From UHGV virus genome UHGV-1419674: a stretch of 24,307 bases of DNA; one strand, written 5' to 3'. Shown piece after piece: positions 17,738-24,307 of this stretch; position 1 is the first letter of the stretch, and each line of letters starts with the position of its first letter. The notes beneath the pieces were generated by a model, which did no database searches, was not told the origin of the DNA, and saw only the letters and a program-made list of their open reading frames with translations. A program made the position numbers and the translations under genes. This stretch comes from a virus.

Positions 17738-19310
17738 CTTGCTCCTCCTCGTTTGATTTTTTCAGTCCAGCCTCAAAAGCGGCAGCGGCCCATGCCGGTG
17801 GTTTCAGACCCGCAGCACGACGCTCCATTGTTTCCCGGACCTGCTGGGCAAAAATCTCCTGATAATCATCACCGCGTTTGGCGCATTCTTTCTCATACGT
17901 ACTGAGACCAGCCTCGATGAGCATGACGGCTTCCTGTACCTCTTTCAGCCCGTCAATAGCCATGCGGCCTGAGCCGATCCAGTTGGCATTTCCCCAGGCT
18001 GTTCTCGCTTCCTGAAAGCTGAATCTGGCTTTTGAAGGAAGTGTGACCACGCGGCGGACAATTGCCTCTTCCAGCCAGCAAAGAAACATCTGACAGGCCT
18101 GTCGGGATGCCACAAACTTGCGACGGCCCATGAAGTACGCCCATGACTCGTTAGCGCTTGCGCGCGCAGTCGAGTAACTCATCTGAGAATAATTTCGCGA
18201 AAGCTGCTCATACGATACACCCAGCCCAGCGGCAATATAGCGCAGCAGTGACTGTTCAAAAGTCGAGTAGCCGTTATCGGTATCCTGCGCCGACTGAAGG
18301 TTGAGAGAATCACCCGGCAACAGGTGTGGAACCCTTGCCCCACCCAGGCGAACCGGCGCAGCTGAGTAATAGGACGCCATTTCACCGAGCCAGCCCGTCA
18401 GTTTGCTCTGCTGCTCTTTATTATCCGCGCCGAGAATGAAATCCATCGCCGTCTGCGTATCCAGCTCACTCTCGATGGTGGCAGCATACATGGCCTTCAC
18501 TATCGCACTCTGGAGCTGAGTGTTTTGCAGGGTATCGAGCATTTTCATCTGCTCCATAACGCTGTAAAACGCATTGGCTCCTCGGGTCTGTCCGTCCTCT
18601 ATCGGTTCGAAGACATGGATAAAAGAGGGGCGCCCTCCGGGGAGCTCGCGAGGTATGTAGGTCCAGTTCTGCGCCATCCAACCAGGATAACCGTCATCGC
18701 TGACGTAATATCCCAGCGCAGCACCACTATTATTGATTTTTACCCCGGCGCGACAGTTCCGGGTATCACCGATGTTGCTTGGATTACTGACGCGCTTCGG
18801 ACTAACCATTTTGAACTGAGTACGGAAAAGACGCGTTGAATCGCTGTCCCATGTCGCCTGCATGCATAATTCACCGTTAAACGCATGCATTGCTACACCT
18901 TCACGAATCATCATCGTAAACGTTCGCTTGCGTTCGGCATCAATCCCGCAGAAGTCATCTTCGGCATACTCATTCCAGGCGGCTTCCACATCCCGAGAAA
19001 ATGCGCGTGAATCCTCCTCATTGATGCCAAGATAGCGCCAGCTCGGTCGATAACTGAGTCTGAAAAATGACCCGACGATGTGGTCCTGGTGGAGCTGCAC
19101 GGCGTTTGCTGCATAGCCATTATTTCGCACCAGATCGTCAGCGCGGGCATTTCCACGAGAATAGTTGGGAAGGAGTGCGGCATCTGCACTTTCACTCGGC
19201 GGATTCCAGCCCCGCAGCTGCCCACCAAACCCGCCACCACCACCATGATATCCCGCGTATTCCCGAAGGGATGTTTTCCCGTCAGGTCCCACTAAAGATG
19301 GTATTTTCAT
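17718..19310 (-). CDS. B: Portal protein B (530 aa)
   Basis: Position between W and C; size close to lambda gpB (533 aa). Confidence 0.95.
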   Translation of the reverse strand: MKIPSLVGPDGKTSLREYAGYHGGGGGFGGQLRGWNPPSESADAALLPNYSRGNARADDLVRNNGYAANAVQLHQDHIVGSFFRLSYRPSWRYLGINEEDSRAFSRDVEAAWNEYAEDDFCGIDAERKRTFTMMIREGVAMHAFNGELCMQATWDSDSTRLFRTQFKMVSPKRVSNPSNIGDTRNCRAGVKINNSGAALGYYVSDDGYPGWMAQNWTYIPRELPGGRPSFIHVFEPIEDGQTRGANAFYSVMEQMKMLDTLQNTQLQSAIVKAMYAATIESELDTQTAMDFILGADNKEQQSKLTGWLGEMASYYSAAPVRLGGARVPHLLPGDSLNLQSAQDTDNGYSTFEQSLLRYIAAGLGVSYEQLSRNYSQMSYSTARASANESWAYFMGRRKFVASRQACQMFLCWLEEAIVRRVVTLPSKARFSFQEARTAWGNANWIGSGRMAIDGLKEVQEAVMLIEAGLSTYEKECAKRGDDYQEIFAQQVRETMERRAAGLKPPAWAAAAFEAGLKKSNEEEQDGARAA

Positions 19311-19513
19311 ACGTAAAACCCTGCTGGCCCCCGGCGTCGTGATGTGGTACCAACCTGAGATTCAAGGTCAGCAATATATTTTTTGAGATCGCTGACTGAT
19401 GTGGCTGTAAATTCCACTCTTCGACCGTCTTTCTGTACCGTCGCCACGCGCTTTCCCATCATCAGGTCATGTAACGCAGCGCGCGCGGCATCCAGTTCAG
19501 TCTGTGTTGCCAT
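19307..19513 (-). CDS. W: Head-tail connector / head completion protein W (68 aa)
   Basis: Aligns with lambda gpW ([46 protein letters not shown]...[10 protein letters not shown]). Confidence 0.92.
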   Translation of the reverse strand: MATQTELDAARAALHDLMMGKRVATVQKDGRRVEFTATSVSDLKKYIADLESQVGTTSRRRGPAGFYV

Positions 19514-21435
19514 TATTCCTCTCCAGATAATGCCCGCGCGTAATCCGCCAGGGTCTTGTTATTGTTACGGCTGCCTTCTTCCTCCAGCAGGCTGGCCAGA
19601 AGTGAATCAAGATTTAGCTGCCAGCGGGATATGCTGATACGAAGCGCCGCCAGTGCATAAACAAAGCAATCGAGCGCCTCATTTCGTCGTTTTTTGCTGT
19701 CCCAGACGATCTTTTTCTTTCCGTCTACCCATTTTTCCACCTGCTCTTCAGCAGTTAGTTGTTGGGCCTCGGTTAGATCGTAGATTTCTGGGTTATTCGG
19801 GAAATGAACCGCTCCCGCCAGCGGCTCGTCTCTTTGCGCCACCAGCGTGAAACGGTTATAAATCTGCTCTTTTGCGGTGTCTGTTCCTACCTCAGTGAGG
19901 TAAACGCCACTCTTGTTACGCTTGCGTGGCATGTTCGCCACCGGCTTTCCATAAACCGACGCACCCTTTATAGGGATCACACGAAACAGACCATGTTTTT
20001 TTGAGCGGTTGTAGACGATGGTGGGATCAATGCCGCCAATATCCCAGCAAGTGCGGGATATAACCATTTCGAGACCGTTCTGGCGCTTATATGTCCTGTT
20101 GATCGCCTCATCCACTCGAGCGAGAGTCGACTCATCATCATGACGACCCATAACGATGATTTTGTCGATAAGCCAGCTTTCCTCTCCCGGTCCCCATCCC
20201 CATACACGCATTTCGTAACGGTCAAGCTGGGAGTCAATACCCGCTGTTAGATATGCCACTCGCTCCGGCACAGACGCTTCAAAGTGCTCTTTGCGCTCCG
20301 CTAAAACTTCAGCATCGGGTCGTTCGCCTATTTTCGGTTCCCACGTTTCGCCCAAGGTCGTGTTAACGAAGGTTTTGCGCTTACCCGTATCACCTTTTGT
20401 TTTTATCCAGTCCTTGACGATCTGCACCCAAGTTGTGAACGGGCTGTAAGCGGTCCAGATGTGGAATGTAACGCTGTCAGGAGGTTCAATTTCAGTACCG
20501 GATGAAGCAAACCAGTGAAGGCCGTCTCGCGTCCAGATACCTGTTTCATCACAAATATACCTGGCCTCAAGGAAATCCAGCTCTTGTTGTTTAATCACAC
20601 AGGCATTGTGTTCACAGAGGTAGTAAACGCTGGAAGGTTCTCCCGGAGACCATTTAAAGCCAAATGGTGTCTCTTCATCGCCAAATTTCAGATACTGCTC
20701 TTCCCCGCAGTGTGGGCATGGAACATGGAACCGAAGAAAATGTTCTGACTCCTTAGCAGCCCTTTCTATCTGGCACGTACCTTTGACTTTCGGTGTAGAG
20801 CCGCGAATGGATTTTGGCCATACAGAACCCTCAATACGCTTATCTCCCAGAAAGGTGGGAGAACCTTCTTTCTCGATGTCATCATCGAAAGCGGCAAGCT
20901 CGTCGTAGCCAGCCACATCAACGGATTTTTCACGGTAGTTTTTTGCAGCCTTACCGCCCAGGCACCAGAAACCACGACCATTTGAGAAACGCTTCATGCT
21001 AAGCGTATTGTCCCGGTGTTTTTTGCCGTACCAAGGAGCAAGCGCCAACAGCGTCGGAATATCACGAATGGTCGGTTCGACATGAGACTTCATGAAGTTT
21101 TCAGCGTCACCGTCGGTTGGCAACCATATTAGGGAGTTACGCTGTTTATGCTGGATGAAATATGCGTAAACGCCGAGCAACATTTTTGAGTAGCCGACAC
21201 GAGCAGATTTAACGACATTCACTTCGCGGATATAGTCATTGCCCATCGCATTCATAATTGCACGCTGAAAGGGCAGTGTTTCCCAGCGCCCTTCCTGGTA
21301 GGCAGACTCTTTCGGGAGATAGTAATTCTCATCTGCCCATTCAACCGCTGTTTGCGGTTCTGGCCGGTAAAGCGAACGTAGCCCCGCCCGCGCAGAGTGC
21401 TGCAGCCCCTTAACCTGACTGTTCGATATATTCAC
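19513..21435 (-). CDS. A: Terminase large subunit A (640 aa)
   Basis: Size (lambda gpA 641 aa), position after nu1 with 26-bp overlap. Confidence 0.96.
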   Translation of the reverse strand: MNISNSQVKGLQHSARAGLRSLYRPEPQTAVEWADENYYLPKESAYQEGRWETLPFQRAIMNAMGNDYIREVNVVKSARVGYSKMLLGVYAYFIQHKQRNSLIWLPTDGDAENFMKSHVEPTIRDIPTLLALAPWYGKKHRDNTLSMKRFSNGRGFWCLGGKAAKNYREKSVDVAGYDELAAFDDDIEKEGSPTFLGDKRIEGSVWPKSIRGSTPKVKGTCQIERAAKESEHFLRFHVPCPHCGEEQYLKFGDEETPFGFKWSPGEPSSVYYLCEHNACVIKQQELDFLEARYICDETGIWTRDGLHWFASSGTEIEPPDSVTFHIWTAYSPFTTWVQIVKDWIKTKGDTGKRKTFVNTTLGETWEPKIGERPDAEVLAERKEHFEASVPERVAYLTAGIDSQLDRYEMRVWGWGPGEESWLIDKIIVMGRHDDESTLARVDEAINRTYKRQNGLEMVISRTCWDIGGIDPTIVYNRSKKHGLFRVIPIKGASVYGKPVANMPRKRNKSGVYLTEVGTDTAKEQIYNRFTLVAQRDEPLAGAVHFPNNPEIYDLTEAQQLTAEEQVEKWVDGKKKIVWDSKKRRNEALDCFVYALAALRISISRWQLNLDSLLASLLEEEGSRNNNKTLADYARALSGEE

Positions 21436-21955
21436 TCAGCAACCCCGGTATCATTTCATCCAGCGCAGCTGCTTTGTTCATGGCCTTAATGATGTCCTTC
21501 TTGAGGAAATCAATATGTCGGTTCTCCAGCTCCGGGAAGCGCCGCTGAACCGACAGAGGTATTCCATCGAGAATACTGGCAATTTCTCCGGCTACCCGCG
21601 ACAGCACGAACGTGCAGAATGCGGTCTCCACCACTTCAGCGGACTCTTTTGCATTTTTTAATTCCTGAGCGTCAGCCTGAGCTCGCGTAAGTCGGTGTCG
21701 CTCATATTCAATAGTGCCAGGTTGAAGATCGGACTCAGAAGCAATGCGGAGATCTTCAACTTCCTTCCGCAACTTTTCATTTTCTATGGCTGCATCGCGC
21801 GCACTGTACCATTCGATTGCGGCAGCAGATTCAAAGAGAACCTCATTACCCTTGCCACCACCGCGGGCAACCGGCATACCTTGTTCCTGCCAGTTCTGAA
21901 TCGTTCGGACGCTCACCCCGAAAATTTCGGATAAGCGTTTTTTGTTAACCTCCAT
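21410..21955 (-). CDS. nu1: Terminase small subunit Nu1 (181 aa)
   Basis: Near-identical to lambda Nu1 along its length ([157 protein letters not shown]); AGGAG RBS. Confidence 0.96.
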   Translation of the reverse strand: MEVNKKRLSEIFGVSVRTIQNWQEQGMPVARGGGKGNEVLFESAAAIEWYSARDAAIENEKLRKEVEDLRIASESDLQPGTIEYERHRLTRAQADAQELKNAKESAEVVETAFCTFVLSRVAGEIASILDGIPLSVQRRFPELENRHIDFLKKDIIKAMNKAAALDEMIPGLLSEYIEQSG

Positions 21956-22130
21956 GGCTCACTCCTGGCACAAAACAGAGAAAGGAAACAATCAACGGTT
22001 AACTTCCGTTTTCCATGATTAGCATTTCCTTTCTGGAGAGAGGATGTTTTCAACAAAAACAATGAGAAAACAAGAAGAAGAACGGAAATGGCATAAACCA
22101 GAAAATTTTCATAAATAGCGATAATCTGCG

Positions 22131-22142
22131 CGGACGCCGCCC
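22131..22142 (-). other. cosN: Predicted 12-nt cohesive end (cosN) GGGCGGCGTCCG on the minus strand
   Basis: Corresponds to lambda GGGCGGCGACCT with two differences at positions 10 and 12; flanked by the conserved GTTACG right-end sequence. Confidence 0.7.
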
Positions 22143-22172
22143 CGTAACAAGGCGGATCGCCGGAAAGGACCC

Positions 22173-22197
22173 GCAAATGATAATGATTATCATTTGC
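22173..22197. repeat. Perfect 25-bp palindrome GCAAATGATAATGATTATCATTTGC upstream of cosN
   Basis: Read directly from the sequence; lambda has an imperfect version (GATAATGATTATCA) at the same position of its right end. Confidence 0.9.
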
Positions 22198-22243
22198 TGG
22201 AATGCGACTTGATTCGCACCCATTTGGACGTCTAAACGTCCAT

Positions 22244-22711
22244 TCATCGCAACAGCGCTGACCATATCGTGCCACCTGGCCGAAGACTCTTCTTCAGTTC
22301 CTCGGACACAACATCTGAGATCGCTTTTACCATTTCAGGGGATAGCTTCACGCCGGTCTTAATTTCGGGACAGATGCCAACATTGATGGCATAGCCTTTT
22401 CGTGGGTCGTTCTCTATCCGGCCAAACTGAATATTTACAGAGCCACCAATATAACCACCAGCAGGAACACCAAAGCGCGTATTCACCAGGTGCTTAATGG
22501 CGAACTCCTGCCCTTCAGCGGTCAGGAAGGTGTAATAATTTTCCTTTTGATACTCCGTCGCGGTATGGCGTGTTTCAGCGAATCCCAGCTCTAGAAGCTC
22601 AGCAGCACCAGATTTGGCTGGCAGATCACCAGACTGAAGCGCGCCACGGAAAAACAGCGCATACAGAACATCCGTCGCCGCGCCGGACAACGTGATAATT
22701 TTATGACCCAT
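22244..22711 (-). CDS. Hypothetical protein (155 aa) immediately upstream of cos; possibly DUF1398/YbcV-like by position only
   Basis: Good RBS (AAGGAA, 7-nt spacing); no TM segment or signal peptide; sits where lambdoid phages carry small accessory genes between the lysis cassette and cos. Family assignment not verified. Confidence 0.55.
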   Translation of the reverse strand: MGHKIITLSGAATDVLYALFFRGALQSGDLPAKSGAAELLELGFAETRHTATEYQKENYYTFLTAEGQEFAIKHLVNTRFGVPAGGYIGGSVNIQFGRIENDPRKGYAINVGICPEIKTGVKLSPEMVKAISDVVSEELKKSLRPGGTIWSALLR

Positions 22712-22824
22712 GATTTATTTCCTTTTAGGCGTGAGCCTGTCGCACGGCAAAGCCGCCGAAAGTTAACGGTTTGCCCAGGCTCACAGCTGAAAGACTTTCT
22801 ACGATGTGCGCGTGCGATGCGCAT

Positions 22825-22847
22825 AAAAAAGCCGCGTGATGGCGGCT
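22825..22847 (-). terminator. Terminator-like hairpin (RNA: AGCCGC-CAUCAC-GCGGCU followed by U5-6) between the small-ORF island and the 155-aa gene
   Basis: Stem 22830-22835 and 22842-22847 with an A6 run at 22825-22830 on the plus strand. Confidence 0.45.
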
Positions 22848-22976
22848 ACTGTTTGAATATCAGGGTGTTGTTTCGTCTTAACCCTGGTTAATGTAGGCAT
22901 TCAGCCCGTCGGTGGTGGGACACTGGCGCACTTAATAAAGAGTAATGGCTGATTACCTCAGAATAAGGAATCAAAA

Positions 22977-23237
22977 ATGTCAGAAGGTTTTGGTTTAAAA
23001 GAAAAGGTTGAGCAGTTAGAAAAAGAATTAGCCGTACAAAAAATAGCAAATCAGCTTGCTTTTGGAGCACTAATTAAAGCAGTTAATGAGCTGTACCCGA
23101 ACAAAGATTTATATGATGGGTTGACAAAATTTGTCCAGGAAAAACTTGATCCTGAACGTGTTAAAAACATCCCTAATCTTCACGAGGCCTTTCTAGAAGC
23201 TGCGAAAATACTGAGGACTGACGCATCTCCTGAATAA
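22977..23237 (+). CDS. Hypothetical small acidic protein (86 aa) in an AT-rich island, opposite strand to the late genes
   Basis: AAGGAA RBS 7 nt upstream of the ATG; long ORF in AT-rich DNA where stop codons are frequent; no signal peptide or TM segment. Confidence 0.5.
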   Translation: MSEGFGLKEKVEQLEKELAVQKIANQLAFGALIKAVNELYPNKDLYDGLTKFVQEKLDPERVKNIPNLHEAFLEAAKILRTDASPE

Positions 23238-23331
23238 TTTTATCAACAAAGGCAGTTGTGTCCTCTTGCTTTTCATTCACAATGCATGTGACTGCCTTTT
23301 CTAAAGCTGTAATTCGTTCTTCAAGTGTCAT
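23173..23331 (-). CDS. Hypothetical small acidic coiled-coil protein (52 aa from the ATG at 23331)
   Basis: AGGAG RBS 7 nt upstream of the ATG at 23331 (the ORF-track start at 23355 is a TTG); 3' end overlaps the convergent 86-aa ORF by 65 bp. Confidence 0.4.
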   Translation of the reverse strand: MTLEERITALEKAVTCIVNEKQEDTTAFVDKIIQEMRQSSVFSQLLERPRED

Positions 23332-23364
23332 ACCCACTCCTGTCATTGGCTTCAAAATGATAAA

Positions 23365-23429
23365 CCCCGCATTTGCAAGTCCTATTTATACCCCGCAGGG
23401 GATAAAAACCATATTATCCGCTTGCGGGG
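23365..23429. promoter_or_regulatory. Cluster of CCCCGCA motifs including the imperfect inverted repeat CCCCGCAGGGGATAA-N8-TTATCCGCTTGCGGGG; candidate operator or structured element upstream of the 52-aa ORF
   Basis: Motif copies at 23365-23371 and 23391-23397 (plus) and 23423-23429 (complement); inverted-repeat half-sites at 23391-23405 and 23414-23429. Confidence 0.3.
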
Positions 23430-23471
23430 ATAACCATTATCAAGCCCACCAGTAGATGGGCTTTGTAATGG

Positions 23472-23729
23472 CTACTTCGCTTTTGCTTCCGCTCGCTTAC
23501 GCCGGCGCTCTTCTTTCCTCTCGGCTTTTGCCATGTCCATGAATGCCTGCATGATCGAGTTCCGCATCATGTAGCTAACAAAGTGATGATTGACACAGCC
23601 GTTGAGGCGCAGCTGCTCGCCAAACTCATCCACCGAGGCCAATGCTTCCATCATGCCCTTCTCGCCTTTCATGAACTCTGAGAAGTCGCGCCCCGCTCTG
23701 GAGGCGCATTCTATTATTCGGGTGCTCAT
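23472..23729 (-). CDS. Hypothetical protein (85 aa) with a highly basic C-terminal tail, translationally coupled to the upstream KilA-N gene
   Basis: ATG at 23729 lies 2 nt after the KilA-N gene stop (TGATCATG); C-terminus KAERKEERRRKRAEAKAK; followed 8 nt after its stop by a 7-bp stem-loop (23442-23463). Confidence 0.55.
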   Translation of the reverse strand: MSTRIIECASRAGRDFSEFMKGEKGMMEALASVDEFGEQLRLNGCVNHHFVSYMMRNSIMQAFMDMAKAERKEERRRKRAEAKAK

Positions 23730-23731
23730 GA

Positions 23732-24307
23732 TCAGGCCGCCGCATAGAGCAATTTCATCTGCCCTTTCACCGGGAATGCCGACATGCAACGCGCTTCGAA
23801 ATCACGATAATCAGAGCACCCATTGGCAATGCTGGTAACGGCAATGATCTGTCGCTCAACCAATGTCAGCGCGTCAGGTTTAAGGTGCTGATGGATTTTG
23901 TCTCCCGCAGCCAGCCGTCTTTTAACCTCTGCATATACTTCTGGTGGTAATACCGGGCCATATACCCACTTGGCACTGATCATCCCAAATAGTGCGGGGC
24001 GACGACCTGGTCGATGACGGGGCAGCCCTGACATTTTGAACATCGCAGAATAAAACGGATCGCTAAACCTCTTTTCCCATGGCTGAGATTTATCCAGAAG
24101 GAAAATAGCCTTTATTCTTTCATCGTCGATATGATGAACGGAACCCTGAATGATTGCGTCAATTTGCTCATCACACCAGATCTCAAAATCTACAGAAAGC
24201 CATCGAGCAAATCTGACCGCCAGTTTTGGGTGAAGCCATGTTCCGCCGCCACGGTCTTTGCGAGCGCGGCTGGTTTTTACATATGTGATATTCCCATATC
24301 TACTCTT
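23732..24307 (-). CDS. KilA-N domain protein (antirepressor-like), partial; N-terminus lies beyond the window end
   Basis: The reading frame is open from 23732 to the window edge with no in-frame start codon upstream of 24043; the translation contains GTWLHPKLAVRFARWLSVDFEIWCDEQ, matching the KilA-N signature as recalled. The ATG at 24043 has no RBS. Confidence 0.65.
   Translation of the reverse strand, partial: KSRYGNITYVKTSRARKDRGGGTWLHPKLAVRFARWLSVDFEIWCDEQIDAIIQGSVHHIDDERIKAIFLLDKSQPWEKRFSDPFYSAMFKMSGLPRHRPGRRPALFGMISAKWVYGPVLPPEVYAEVKRRLAAGDKIHQHLKPDALTLVERQIIAVTSIANGCSDYRDFEARCMSAFPVKGQMKLLYAAA

Larger units (their letters stand above)
21960..22200. other. cos: Lambda-type cos site: cosB (R1/R2/R3 repeats and AT-rich IHF-like region), cosN and cosQ-proximal region
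   Basis: The minus-strand sequence ...GGGTCCTTTCCGGCGATCCGCCTTGTTACG|GGGCGGCGTCCG|CGCAGATTATCGCTATTTATGAAAATTTTCTGGTTTATGCCATTTCCGTTCTTCTTC...GAAAGGAAA...TTTCCTTTCTCTGTTTT aligns with the lambda right-end/left-end junction as I recall it. Confidence 0.85.
1..24307. mobile_element. Lambda-like prophage, late/structural region including cos; prophage ends not in window
   Basis: Complete lambda gene order nu1-A-W-B-C-D-E-FI-FII-Z-U-V-G-T-H-M-L-K-I-J on the minus strand with a lambda-like cos upstream of nu1. Confidence 0.9.

Noticed and set aside
22848-22863. LexA-box-like sequence TACTGTTTGAATATCAGG
   Set aside because: Only the left half-site (CTGT) fits the CTGT-N8-ACAG consensus; the right half is CAGG at the wrong register.
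22591-22891. ORFs 22591-22824 (minus, 77 aa) and 22703-22891 (plus, 62 aa)
   Set aside because: They overlap the 155-aa gene or its leader in other frames, lack an RBS and span the terminator hairpin.
22888-23070. 60-aa minus-strand ORF antisense to the start of the 86-aa gene
   Set aside because: No RBS, hydrophobic low-complexity translation, and it is fully covered by the better-supported plus-strand ORF and its upstream region.
23732-24043. ATG at 24043 as the start of a 103-aa protein
   Set aside because: No RBS upstream, and the same frame continues open to the window edge encoding a KilA-N-like motif, so the gene most likely starts beyond the window.
1-24307. tRNA genes, CRISPR arrays, integrase or att sites, IS elements
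   Set aside because: By eye I found no T-loop-like GTTCRA motifs in the non-coding segments, no repeat-spacer arrays, and no recombinase-sized ORFs; a tRNAscan or ISfinder run would be needed to be certain.

Overview
This window is the late (virion morphogenesis) region of a lambda-like (Lambdavirus-type) prophage from an enterobacterium, almost entirely on the minus strand. Reading right to left it carries a lambda-type cos site (cosQ/cosN/cosB, about 21960-22200), then nu1-A-W-B-C(nu3)-D-E-FI-FII-Z-U-V-G/T-H-M-L-K-I-J in exact lambda order, two translationally coupled post-J ORFs and a side tail fiber gene. Homology calls rest on comparing the supplied translations with lambda proteins recalled from memory (Nu1, W, D, FI, FII, Z, G align clearly) plus gene order and size; no database search was run. 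Non-lambda material sits at both ends: an AT-rich plus-strand lipoprotein gene inserted into the tail-fiber region (1871-2233), and upstream of cos a 155-aa ORF, an AT-rich island with two small convergent acidic ORFs, an 85-aa basic protein and a KilA-N-like gene that runs off the window edge. I did not find a recognisable multi-gene defence system, CRISPR array, tRNA or integrase; the most promising places for undescribed biology are the two small-gene accessory islands. Several hairpins and terminator-like structures lie inside the late operon (after I, D, E and V).
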